Positions 29,470 through 37,425 of a stretch of DNA of 64,000 nucleotides are shown one piece after another. Every line of letters starts with the position of its first letter. Position 1 is the stretch's first letter. The translations under genes and the position numbers were made by a program. This DNA comes from an uncultured Eubacteriales bacterium. Its GTDB lineage: Bacteria; Acidobacteriota; Aminicenantia; Aminicenantales; Aminicenantaceae. Below the pieces are notes generated by a model, which was given only the letters and a program-made list of their open reading frames with translations, did no database searches and had not been told where the DNA came from. The stretch is from positions 35,939-99,938 of the forward strand of contig CAYSCW010000004.1 of the NCBI GenBank assembly GCA_964429795.1. The letters run 5' to 3'.

Positions 29470-29817
29470 TTACTCTTTAAAAAAGCTCTCCAAAGCCATC
29501 TTTTCATCATCGAATATTTCTAAGACTTTGGTGAGCATGGTGACTTGGAAAACAAGATAGAGTTTCTTGGATATCTTGGCGATTTTCAGTTTCCCTCCCA
29601 AGTTATGCGTGGATATATAACTGGCTAAGATCTCTCCTACGCCAAAACTATCGATGAAATCAACATTCTGAAAATTGAGAAGGATGTTGCGCTTTCCAGA
29701 ATCCAATTGATCTTTGACTAGCTGATGGAGTGTGATATCAGTGATATCAGACCTTCGGATTTCTCCTTCGATGTCAAAAATGACGATATCATTCTTTTCT
29801 CTTGTGTTTATGACCAT
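29470..29817 (-). CDS. STAS-domain anti-sigma-factor antagonist (SpoIIAA/RsbV-like)
   Basis: 115 aa; the STAS fold has a conserved phosphorylatable Ser region (FIDSFGVGEI). It lies 30 nt upstream of the TLC-HEAT genes on the same strand. Confidence 0.7.
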   Translation of the reverse strand: MVINTREKNDIVIFDIEGEIRRSDITDITLHQLVKDQLDSGKRNILLNFQNVDFIDSFGVGEILASYISTHNLGGKLKIAKISKKLYLVFQVTMLTKVLEIFDDEKMALESFFKE

Positions 29818-30069
29818 CTTTTCCCGTCCCCTTTAAAAGGCTTGAATCATAAGCAGGTGGCCTTTTTTGACTGACGTAAGTCCATGATTTTTGAAAGCTT
29901 CCCTCTGAATCGTTTACGCTTTCCTCTCTTATGTCTCTTTCTAAGCTTTTATCAAAAGAAAAATTGAAAGTCAAATATGAACTCTCCCCTGTTGCAGGGG
30001 CAAGCGCTAGGGAAAGGTATAGACCTAACTCCCTGATTTTGATATTAGTATAAGTGAAGAGGAACATAA

Positions 30070-31215
30070 ATGAGGGCTCAGGAATCGTTAAAAAAAGGAA
30101 ACAAGGTTTCCATGAAAAACATCACAGGAAAGAATCCGACGAGAAAAATTAAATCCTCTCTTATCTTTACCCTGCTCATCTTCCTCCTTTTTTCCTGCCT
30201 GTACGCAGGCAAAATCCAATGTGTTTGGACGGGAGTCGAAAAAATCATTGCTGTGGGAGATATCCATGGCGATTACAGCAATTTCCTGAAAATCTTAAAG
30301 GGAGTGGGACTCATCGATGAAGCTCTTCATTGGTCAGGCGGCAAAACCCATTTTGTCCAAACTGGAGATATTATGGACAGAGGCCCTGACGCTCGAAAAG
30401 TCTTTGACTTGCTGATAAAACTGGAGAAGGACGCTGAAAAAGCGGGAGGCAAGGTCCACGTTCTTCTTGGCAACCATGAGGAGATGAATATCACTGGCAT
30501 ATCCTTCGATTATCCCGGATATGTCACGGTGGAGCAATTTGTCTCTTTCTTGCCTGGCAGTTATAAAAAAAAGGAAGAAAAAGAATTCCAAGAACAGTCA
30601 GGCAAAGAGAATCTTAGTGGCTCGCATTCGGATCTTTCCTCGAATAATTCCTTAAGAGCGAAATGGGAAAATCTCCTCAAGACCGACTTGAGTGCTCGGA
30701 AGGAATATATCATTTTTTTCAACAAAAATTATGGTAAGTGGTTGCTTAAACACAATGCGGTCATCAAAATCAACGATGTCATATTCGTCCATGGAGGGAT
30801 CAGCAAAAAATTCTCAAAATGGAAACTGGAGGATATAAACGAGCAGTTGCGGATAGAGCTCTCCTTTCTGCGCAGGGCAGCCATCAATTCATCGCCTTCA
30901 AAAATTACCTTCACTCCCCAAATTGTTTACAAAAGCGAAGGGCCTCTCTGGTATCGAGGTTTAGCCACCATGAATGAGGCAATTTTCGAGGCAGAGGTTG
31001 ATAAAACCTTGACTAATCTGGGAGCAAAATACATGGTTATTGCTCATACACCGCGAATGGGCAGCCCAGTTATGGCAGAGGAGTATTTAAGACGTTTTCA
31101 CGGAAAAGTCTGGATTATCGACACGGGAATTTCAGAATTTTATGGAGGATTTTTGAGTGCTTTAATAATCAAGAATGGAGAATTTTCTCTTTGGGCGGTG
31201 GGTCATGAACGATAA
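30070..31215 (+). CDS. PPP-family metallophosphatase (PP1/PP2A/ApaH-like) with an N-terminal signal anchor
   Basis: All PPP signature motifs are present: GDIHGD, GDIMDRGPD, GNHE, HGG and a GH motif. The N-terminus has a basic stretch followed by one hydrophobic helix (KIKSSLIFTLLIFLLFSCLYA), implying extracytoplasmic or membrane-anchored topology. Confidence 0.75.
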   Translation: MRAQESLKKGNKVSMKNITGKNPTRKIKSSLIFTLLIFLLFSCLYAGKIQCVWTGVEKIIAVGDIHGDYSNFLKILKGVGLIDEALHWSGGKTHFVQTGDIMDRGPDARKVFDLLIKLEKDAEKAGGKVHVLLGNHEEMNITGISFDYPGYVTVEQFVSFLPGSYKKKEEKEFQEQSGKENLSGSHSDLSSNNSLRAKWENLLKTDLSARKEYIIFFNKNYGKWLLKHNAVIKINDVIFVHGGISKKFSKWKLEDINEQLRIELSFLRRAAINSSPSKITFTPQIVYKSEGPLWYRGLATMNEAIFEAEVDKTLTNLGAKYMVIAHTPRMGSPVMAEEYLRRFHGKVWIIDTGISEFYGGFLSALIIKNGEFSLWAVGHER

Positions 31216-32005
31216 AAATTATGTCCTTCTCATTTTCATCTGCCTCACTCTAGCCAATTGGTGCCTGAGCTTATCTCAATCGCCAGATCGAGGGAATTGG
31301 GACCAAGATAAACTGGAGAATTATCTGAGAACAGCTGAGATCATTTCTGTGGAAAAAGACACAGAAGCGGGAAGGACCGCACCGTGGAGAATCACACTCA
31401 ACGACGGAATAACTCAACGCCAAGGCCTCTTCAAGTACATCAATCGCTCCCGACCTTCCCTTCTTCCTGATAGTTATAAATACGAGATTGCCGCTTATGA
31501 ACTGGACAAACTCCTCGAGCTCAAAATCGTACCTCCCGTTGTGGAAAGAGAAATTGAAGGGACAACAGGTTCTCTTCAACTTTATCTAGAAGGCTGCATA
31601 AGAGAAGCCGAGAGAAAAAGGAAAAAAATAGATCCACCAGATCCTGTATCCTTTCAGAACATGCTGGAAGTGATCAATGTTTTTGAGAATTTGGTCCTTG
31701 AAGAGGATTGTTTTGATGCCAATGACATCCTGGTTGATCTTGATGAGTGGAAAGCGTATCGAGTCGACTTTTCCATGGCCTTCTCCCCTCTGCCTGAGAT
31801 CATTTCTGGATGCAAAATCAACAAGTGTTCTCGTAAATTCTACAACAACCTCCTCCAATTGGATGACCTTCAAGTCAAGAATAAACTCAAGCCATTTCTC
31901 AATGACCCAGAGATTGAAGCTCTGCTTCAACGCAAAAAAATCATCATCGAAAAGATCGGGCAATTGATTAAAGAAAAGGGACAAGATGCTGTCCTCTTCA
32001 ACTGA
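31205..32005 (+). CDS. Secreted minimal kinase-like protein, paralog 1 (RIO/Kdo/WaaP-like fold; catalytic motifs degenerate)
   Basis: Signal peptide MNDKNYVLLIFICLTLANWCLSLSQS. It keeps the paralog-family blocks K...YEIAAYELDKLLELKIVPPVVE, but has EEDCFDAND in place of the DRHxxN loop and VDFS in place of IDHS. Its ATG overlaps the phosphatase stop by 11 nt. Confidence 0.4.
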   Translation: MNDKNYVLLIFICLTLANWCLSLSQSPDRGNWDQDKLENYLRTAEIISVEKDTEAGRTAPWRITLNDGITQRQGLFKYINRSRPSLLPDSYKYEIAAYELDKLLELKIVPPVVEREIEGTTGSLQLYLEGCIREAERKRKKIDPPDPVSFQNMLEVINVFENLVLEEDCFDANDILVDLDEWKAYRVDFSMAFSPLPEIISGCKINKCSRKFYNNLLQLDDLQVKNKLKPFLNDPEIEALLQRKKIIIEKIGQLIKEKGQDAVLFN

Positions 32006-32173
32006 AAAGATTGAAATATCAAAGCTTCAGCAATAAATTGGGGAAATCAGTTAAAATCAAATTTCAAGGTTGTTTAGACCTGTTACAGCCAAATCTGCCA
32101 ATCGAACCCAGATAATAAAAGCAGAAAAAAGCCAAGAAGGAGGGATTCGGTAAAAACCGAAAACAATGAGAAA

Positions 32174-33547
32174 ATGAGAGGAAACGAAAAAGAATCTTCT
32201 GGCCTAGTCTATCGCTTTTTCCGGCTCTTTACAGTAGTCCATCCTGGTGAAGGGCTGACAGTTTTTCTCTTGACTCTTAATATTTTTTTGATCCTGACGG
32301 CTTATTCGATATTAAAACCAGTCAGAAAAGCTTTAATCTTAACAGGACAAACCGCCGAAATCGAAGCCTATCTTTTTGGAGTTATGGCTATAGTACTTAT
32401 CTTCGTCATAAAAATATTCAGCTACCTTTCTGCTAAAGTCCCCCGTCAATTATTGATCACCTGGGTTACCCTCTTTTTTATCTTGAATCTAGCCATTTTT
32501 TATGTCTTACATCTTGCGGGAACCCCTCTAGGTACGTTGAGTGTCATCTTTTACATATGGGTTGGGATATACAACGTTTTTCTCATTGCTCAATTCTGGG
32601 GCTTTTCCAACGATATCTACACAGAGGAAGAAGGAAAAAGACTATTCGTATTGATCATGCTTGGACAAAACCTGGGAGCTGTCATCGGCAGCAAGATCCC
32701 TTCCTTACTGGTAAAACCAAAAGGACCATTAAGCCCCTTTCATTTTCTACTCCTCACTGGAGCCATCCTGGTCGCCTGCATTGTATTAACCCTTATTATC
32801 CACAAAAGAGAGATGGAAAGTGTAAAAAATAAACAGGCCCATCAAAAGGCAAAAGAAAAACATAAGAAAAAATTGAAGGAGAAGCCTTTGCCAAGGGGAG
32901 GCGGTTTTCGTTTGGTGTTTAAAAGTAGATATCTTCTCTTCATCGCCTTGGTTATCTTGGTGCTGAATTACGTCAATACAAATGGTGAATACATCAAATC
33001 CAAAGTATGGGATCGCACCGCTGAGCAGGCTAAGGAAACCGAAAAGATTAAAGGTTCAGAGGCGGCAGAGGCTGAATTTCTGACCAAATTAGATTCTGAC
33101 TTCAATTTTTTGGTTAATCTCTTTGCCCTGTTCATTCAACTCTTTCTGGTCTCGCGTATATTCAAGTGGTTCGGAGTTAAAGGAGCACTCCTCTTCCTCC
33201 CATTCATTTCCATTGGAGGTTATTTTTTCATTGCTTTAGGAGCCTCATTTATCCGGGTTAAATGGGCTAAGATCTTTGAAAACAGCACAGATTACTCCCT
33301 AATGAACACAACTCGAGGCGCCCTCTTCCTCATAACATCAAGAGAAGCAAAATACAAAGCCAAGGCAGCCATCGATACTTTTTTCGTGAGAACAGGGGAT
33401 TTATTACATAGCCTGACCGTTCTCCTTGGCACCACCTACCTCGCTTTTAGCCTGGAAAGTTTCGCCAAACTCAATGTGGGCATAGCTGTAGTCTGGATAA
33501 TCCTCTGTTTATTGGTTATAAGAGAACACAAGAGGTTATCAGCTTAA
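32174..33547 (+). CDS. TLC-family (ATP/ADP-translocase-like) transporter without a HEAT extension
   Basis: 457 aa, about 12 TM; the signature block IAQFWGFSNDIYTEEEGKRLFVLIMLGQNLG matches Rickettsia/Chlamydia Tlc ([28 protein letters not shown]). Confidence 0.7.
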   Translation: MRGNEKESSGLVYRFFRLFTVVHPGEGLTVFLLTLNIFLILTAYSILKPVRKALILTGQTAEIEAYLFGVMAIVLIFVIKIFSYLSAKVPRQLLITWVTLFFILNLAIFYVLHLAGTPLGTLSVIFYIWVGIYNVFLIAQFWGFSNDIYTEEEGKRLFVLIMLGQNLGAVIGSKIPSLLVKPKGPLSPFHFLLLTGAILVACIVLTLIIHKREMESVKNKQAHQKAKEKHKKKLKEKPLPRGGGFRLVFKSRYLLFIALVILVLNYVNTNGEYIKSKVWDRTAEQAKETEKIKGSEAAEAEFLTKLDSDFNFLVNLFALFIQLFLVSRIFKWFGVKGALLFLPFISIGGYFFIALGASFIRVKWAKIFENSTDYSLMNTTRGALFLITSREAKYKAKAAIDTFFVRTGDLLHSLTVLLGTTYLAFSLESFAKLNVGIAVVWIILCLLVIREHKRLSA

Positions 33548-33708
33548 AGAACAGAATACCAAGGGGGATAACTTATTATACTAATAGATCTTCGATCTTT
33601 ATCAAAGAATAATGATGGATGATAAGGAATTTTTAATCAGAAAAATCAAGAGTTAACTCGACTTTTATTCTCCTTAGCGTTTCCCTGAATGTCAAACGAA
33701 GAGCGAGA

Positions 33709-34542
33709 TCATCGCAAGTCTTTCACTTTGATTATTCCTCCTGAATCCTGGGCAATATACAGATAGCCTTCTTCATCCTTGGTGATCCCCTCCTGATTAT
33801 CTCCGAGAAATGCATACTCCTTAACTAACTTTCCCTCAAGGGTGATTTCCACCAGGATATTATCCGCATCACTGACAATATTCAACAGGCCTGTCTTCTG
33901 ATCATAGTACATGGCTGAAGGATCATCCATAGCAAATGGTAAAACCCGGATAATTCTTGCTTCTGCGATCTCAGATTCGCTTGTCCTGAGAGGAACCAGA
34001 ACCTCAATTATGCACGGAGGATCCCACTGATTGCCCATGTAGAATGTTCCACCTTCAGGATGGTTCTCATCGGGAACAAAAGCAACGGACTCAATCCCGT
34101 TATCATGACCTTCTTTCTGTTTTTGAAGAAAATTGGGATCGTTCCCAAATGTTCTATTAATAGGGAATCGCCGGGTAACTTTTTTTTCCTCTGGATCAAA
34201 CTCAAGGAGAACATCTTCTCCTTCAATGATTATGTAAAGAAGACCAGATTGAGGAGCGACTGTAATGCCTTCCAAATCACCGGGAATTTTTACTCGCGAC
34301 ACAGGACTTCCATCTGTCTCTATTTCGAAGATCTCCCCTTCATCACTGACCACAAAGAGAGTTTTCCTGAGAGGGTGGAAACAAATATCAGAAGGTTCAA
34401 CAATACTTTGTTGATCTATATTTCCTCCAAATCCAACGGGTCCCAACCATTCGTAGGGGAACCGGATAGTTGGTGAATGTTTTTCCGAGGAACAGAAAAG
34501 TGTGAATATCATGATGCTCAATACAAAGACTTTTATTCTCAT
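33709..34542 (-). CDS. Secreted beta-propeller protein (SdiA-regulated/YjiK-like or phytase-like)
   Basis: Signal peptide, then repeated D/EGI(T/A) blade motifs (DLEGITVAP, NGIESVAFVPDE, QEGITKDEEGYLYIAQDSGG). Confidence 0.35.
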   Translation of the reverse strand: MRIKVFVLSIMIFTLFCSSEKHSPTIRFPYEWLGPVGFGGNIDQQSIVEPSDICFHPLRKTLFVVSDEGEIFEIETDGSPVSRVKIPGDLEGITVAPQSGLLYIIIEGEDVLLEFDPEEKKVTRRFPINRTFGNDPNFLQKQKEGHDNGIESVAFVPDENHPEGGTFYMGNQWDPPCIIEVLVPLRTSESEIAEARIIRVLPFAMDDPSAMYYDQKTGLLNIVSDADNILVEITLEGKLVKEYAFLGDNQEGITKDEEGYLYIAQDSGGIIKVKDLR

Positions 34543-34723
34543 TCCTCTGACTCCTTCTTACTTACATATTCTATAGAGAATCAAAACCTGGAACACAGCC
34601 ACAGCTATAGTCTTCATTTTCTCATCAACCTAATCTATTTTATTTTATACAAAAAAGCGCATATATGATAATACTCTCTCCACGGCTCTAAAAGAATCTC
34701 CGCGATAGGAGTGAGGGCGGGGG

Positions 34724-34859
34724 ATCGTCAGCACGCAGATTTTTCCCAGCGAGGAAAATCAGCTCTCGTTCGGGCTTCGGAGGGACAGGAACCGCCGCCT
34801 CATAACCTAACTGGACGAAATATCTTCACTTTTCACGGAGATGGAGATGTTATCCACGG
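34724..34859 (+). repeat. Mosaic leader repeat, copy D (modules M1, M2, M3 in direct order) upstream of kinase-like paralog 2
   Basis: M1 at 34724-34755 (ATCGTCAGCACGCAGATTTTTCCCAGCGAGGA), M2 at 34772-34799 (GGGCTTCGGAGGGACAGGAACCGCCGCC), M3 at 34833-34859 (TCACGGAGATGGAGATGTTATCCACGG). Modules recur at 37176-37271, 38352-38490, 48365-48489, 58227-58323 and 1803-1825. Confidence 0.7.
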
Positions 34860-34940
34860 GTGTTTTTGATTTGCCTTTCAAGGTAAGTGTCAATATAATA
34901 ACTGCGACAAAACTCGGGTTTTTCGAACGGGAAGAAAAAA

Positions 34941-35768
34941 ATGAGAAGAAAAATCATCTTCATCGCTGTTCTCATCCTTTTCCTTGCCCAAAACTATAAC
35001 ATAATCGCCCAATTTACCCCAGAAGAACTGGGAGAAAGAGCCAACTGGGAAGAATTTCTCAAGACGGCAGAAATCATCAAGTACCAAGAGATAGGCGAAG
35101 GAGTAACTAAGCCCATAAGACTCTACTTGAAAAAAGGAGATACAGAAGCCAGCGGGGTCTGGAAAAACCCAAAGGGCATCCAGGAAGGCTTCCTTGAGGG
35201 CTGGGAGTATGAGATCGCCGCTTATCAAATGGATAAGATTCTGGAGCTGAATATGGTTCCCCCCACAGTGGAGAGAGAATTCGAGGGAAAAAAGGGTTCT
35301 CTTCAGCTTTGGGTTGAGGCTGAATTCAGTCTCCTCGATATCATGGAAGAAAAAATTGCAATGCCCGCTTCTGGATCAGAATCCGACAATATCCAGAAGA
35401 CCAAATATCTAACCAGAGCTTTCGACAGTCTGATCGCCAACGAAGACAGAACCCAGCAGAATATTTTTTACACAAAGGACTGGCGGGTGATTCTCATCGA
35501 TCATTCCCGTTCCTTTCGTTCTTCCAAGAAATTCACCAAACAGCTTATGTTCGGGAGAACTGGCATCGAAGGGAACAAACCTTTCAGACAGCTGCCGTGC
35601 GCATTCGTAGAAAAAATAAAGGCACTGGATTTTGAAATCATCAGAGAAGCTGTTGGCCCTTATCTCCAAGATAAAGAGATAAAAGCCATCCTTGCTCGCA
35701 AAAAGCTTATATTGGCAGAAATTGATGAAATGATAAGAGAAAAAGGCGAAGAAAATGTTTTGTATTGA
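34941..35768 (+). CDS. Secreted minimal kinase-like protein, paralog 2 (RIO/Kdo/WaaP-like motifs intact)
   Basis: Signal peptide MRRKIIFIAVLILFLAQNYNIIAQ; a putative beta3 Lys (VWK) and alphaC Glu in EYEIAAYQMDKILELNMVPPTVE (RIO-like E..F..L..L...GI.VP.P block); catalytic-loop-like LIANEDRTQQN; DFG-like ILIDHSRSF 18 residues later. Confidence 0.45.
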   Translation: MRRKIIFIAVLILFLAQNYNIIAQFTPEELGERANWEEFLKTAEIIKYQEIGEGVTKPIRLYLKKGDTEASGVWKNPKGIQEGFLEGWEYEIAAYQMDKILELNMVPPTVEREFEGKKGSLQLWVEAEFSLLDIMEEKIAMPASGSESDNIQKTKYLTRAFDSLIANEDRTQQNIFYTKDWRVILIDHSRSFRSSKKFTKQLMFGRTGIEGNKPFRQLPCAFVEKIKALDFEIIREAVGPYLQDKEIKAILARKKLILAEIDEMIREKGEENVLY

Positions 35769-35828
35769 TCATTCACATTATCTACATTTGATGGAAATAA
35801 AGTTTATCAATAATAAGGAAGGTAAAGG

Positions 35829-36641
35829 GTGAAAAGAAAAATTACTTCTCTTTTCTTTCTTGTTATCTTTTTGGGTTTCCTTTTTCAGTTGTTAGCCCAA
35901 TTCACTGCAGAAGAAATAGAAGAGAGAGCAAAATGGGAAGAGTTCCTGGAGACGGCAGAAATCACAGGCTCCGATCAGCCATGGGTAGAACGGGAGGCCG
36001 TGACCAATCCCTGGAGGTTGACCATTGAAAAAGATGGGATTGTGAAACAGGCAATATGGAAGAACGTGGAAGGCAGGGTGAAGGGGTATCTCGATAACTG
36101 GAGATGGGAGATCGCAGCTTACCGCTTGGACAAATATTTGGGCTTACACATGGTTCCTCCCACTGTAGAAAAAAGATTTCGAGGGGATCGTGGATCCTGT
36201 CAATTACTGGTCGATTACTGGATCAGCCTTAAGGATAAATATGAACAAAACATAAAAACTCCCTCTTATAAAATTTTCAACTGGAATAGAGCTCTCTACC
36301 TGCAGCGGGCTTTCGACAATCTGATCGCCAATGAAGACCGTCATCAGAATCAGTACCTCATAACCGAAGATTGGCGGATGATTCTTATTGATCATTCTCG
36401 GTCTTTCCGCACATCCAAAAAATTCACCAAAGATCTCATCTATGATGCAAACTACAAAGAAGGTCCGAGGTTGATGAAGGAGCTCCCCAGTTCTCTTGTA
36501 GAGAAGCTGAAAAGCCTCAATCATGAGGTGATAAGAGAAGTTGCAGGAGAATATTTGACAGAAAAGGAAATCGAGGCTATCCTTATCAGAAGAGATTTGA
36601 TACTCAAGGAAATCGACAAGATCAAAACGGTTCTCTACTGA
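35829..36641 (+). CDS. Secreted minimal kinase-like protein, paralog 3 (tandem to paralog 2)
   Basis: GTG start with an AGGAAGG RBS; signal peptide MKRKITSLFFLVIFLGFLFQLLAQ; blocks WEIAAYRLDKYLGLHMVPPTVE, LIANEDRHQNQYLI and ILIDHSRSFRTSKKFTK shared with paralog 2. Confidence 0.45.
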   Translation: MKRKITSLFFLVIFLGFLFQLLAQFTAEEIEERAKWEEFLETAEITGSDQPWVEREAVTNPWRLTIEKDGIVKQAIWKNVEGRVKGYLDNWRWEIAAYRLDKYLGLHMVPPTVEKRFRGDRGSCQLLVDYWISLKDKYEQNIKTPSYKIFNWNRALYLQRAFDNLIANEDRHQNQYLITEDWRMILIDHSRSFRTSKKFTKDLIYDANYKEGPRLMKELPSSLVEKLKSLNHEVIREVAGEYLTEKEIEAILIRRDLILKEIDKIKTVLY

Positions 36642-36644
36642 TTC

Positions 36645-37130
36645 CTAAATTTCAGTCTTCTTGATGGTCTTATACATGATCAGCACGTTCTGATTGTCTT
36701 CGCGTCTGTAATCAAATCCGTCCATAAGTTTTCGAACAAGAAAGATACCCAAGCCGCCTGTTTTTGCATCCTTGATCATTTCTTCTATGTCGGGGGCCTT
36801 CGACTGGGTTGGATCAAAGGGAACTCCATTATCCCTGATTTCAAAGAAGATCCTTCCCTCTTCCTGCCATATCTTGAGGAAGATAGTGCCCCTCTTCCTG
36901 CGATAGGCATATCTTACGATATTGGAACATATCTCTAAGAGGGAAAGCTCAATGATGTAATAGGCCTTTTCAGAAAGATTTAAATCCTGGAGGGCATCTC
37001 GAAGAAAGGTTCTAGCTTTATCCAGTTCTGCAAAGTCGCTCAGAATCTTAAACTTTTTCATTTCCGTTCTGTATGGTTTCTTTTTTCCCTTTCTGCTTTC
37101 CTTGATTGAAGAGCCTCCCAATTTTCTCAT
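36645..37130 (-). CDS. Anti-sigma-factor serine kinase (RsbW/SpoIIAB-like, GHKL ATPase)
   Basis: GHKL motifs EIRDNGVPFDP and GGLGIFLVRKLMD; 161 aa as listed. A second in-frame start MKKFKILSDF at 37061 would give the canonical ~138-aa size. Confidence 0.65.
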   Translation of the reverse strand: MRKLGGSSIKESRKGKKKPYRTEMKKFKILSDFAELDKARTFLRDALQDLNLSEKAYYIIELSLLEICSNIVRYAYRRKRGTIFLKIWQEEGRIFFEIRDNGVPFDPTQSKAPDIEEMIKDAKTGGLGIFLVRKLMDGFDYRREDNQNVLIMYKTIKKTEI

Positions 37131-37175
37131 CTAAATTTATAACAATATGAAAAATCATGTCAAATTGACGGTCAA

Positions 37176-37271
37176 GGATGTAAGCATTTTCATTTCCATA
37201 ATGATTGAAGATATTTCATCCAATCAGGTAGTGAGGCGGCGGTTCCTGTCATTTGACATCCTGATTTTCTC
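37176..37271 (-). repeat. Mosaic leader repeat, copy E (M2 and M3, minus orientation) upstream of the RsbW-like kinase
   Basis: The reverse complement reads GAGAAAATCAG...GACAGGAACCGCCGCCTCACTACCTGATTGGATGAAATATCTTCA...ATGGAAATGAAAATGCTTACATCC, which is more than 80% identical to copy D over about 60 nt. Confidence 0.65.
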
Positions 37272-37425
37272 TATGCTATAAGTAGCGGCAACTCTAAGGG
37301 AAATAACACACTTGATCATCCTGTCGAGTTTTACGAATAGAATGGAAGAAGTTGATTTTCCTGAAGTAATCTCATAAGAAAATGTCTATAATGAAAGTCT
37401 AATCAAACACGAAAGGAAAACCCTC

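Noticed and set aside
29789-30067. 92-aa minus-strand ORF overlapping the STAS gene start and the divergent intergenic region
   Set aside because: It overlaps the STAS start and the likely promoter region, and has no RBS or domain. It is more plausibly a non-coding regulatory region.
34772-34799. Possible riboswitch identity for module M2 (GGACAGGAACCGCCGCC): fluoride, ZTP or glycine
   Set aside because: There are partial resemblances, AACCGCC to the fluoride riboswitch and CCGCC...GGG to ZTP. But the other invariant elements are missing (GGCGATGG and the 3' pseudoknot for fluoride; GGGTCGTGAC for ZTP). The modules also occur in both orientations relative to genes. I cannot support a known riboswitch class.
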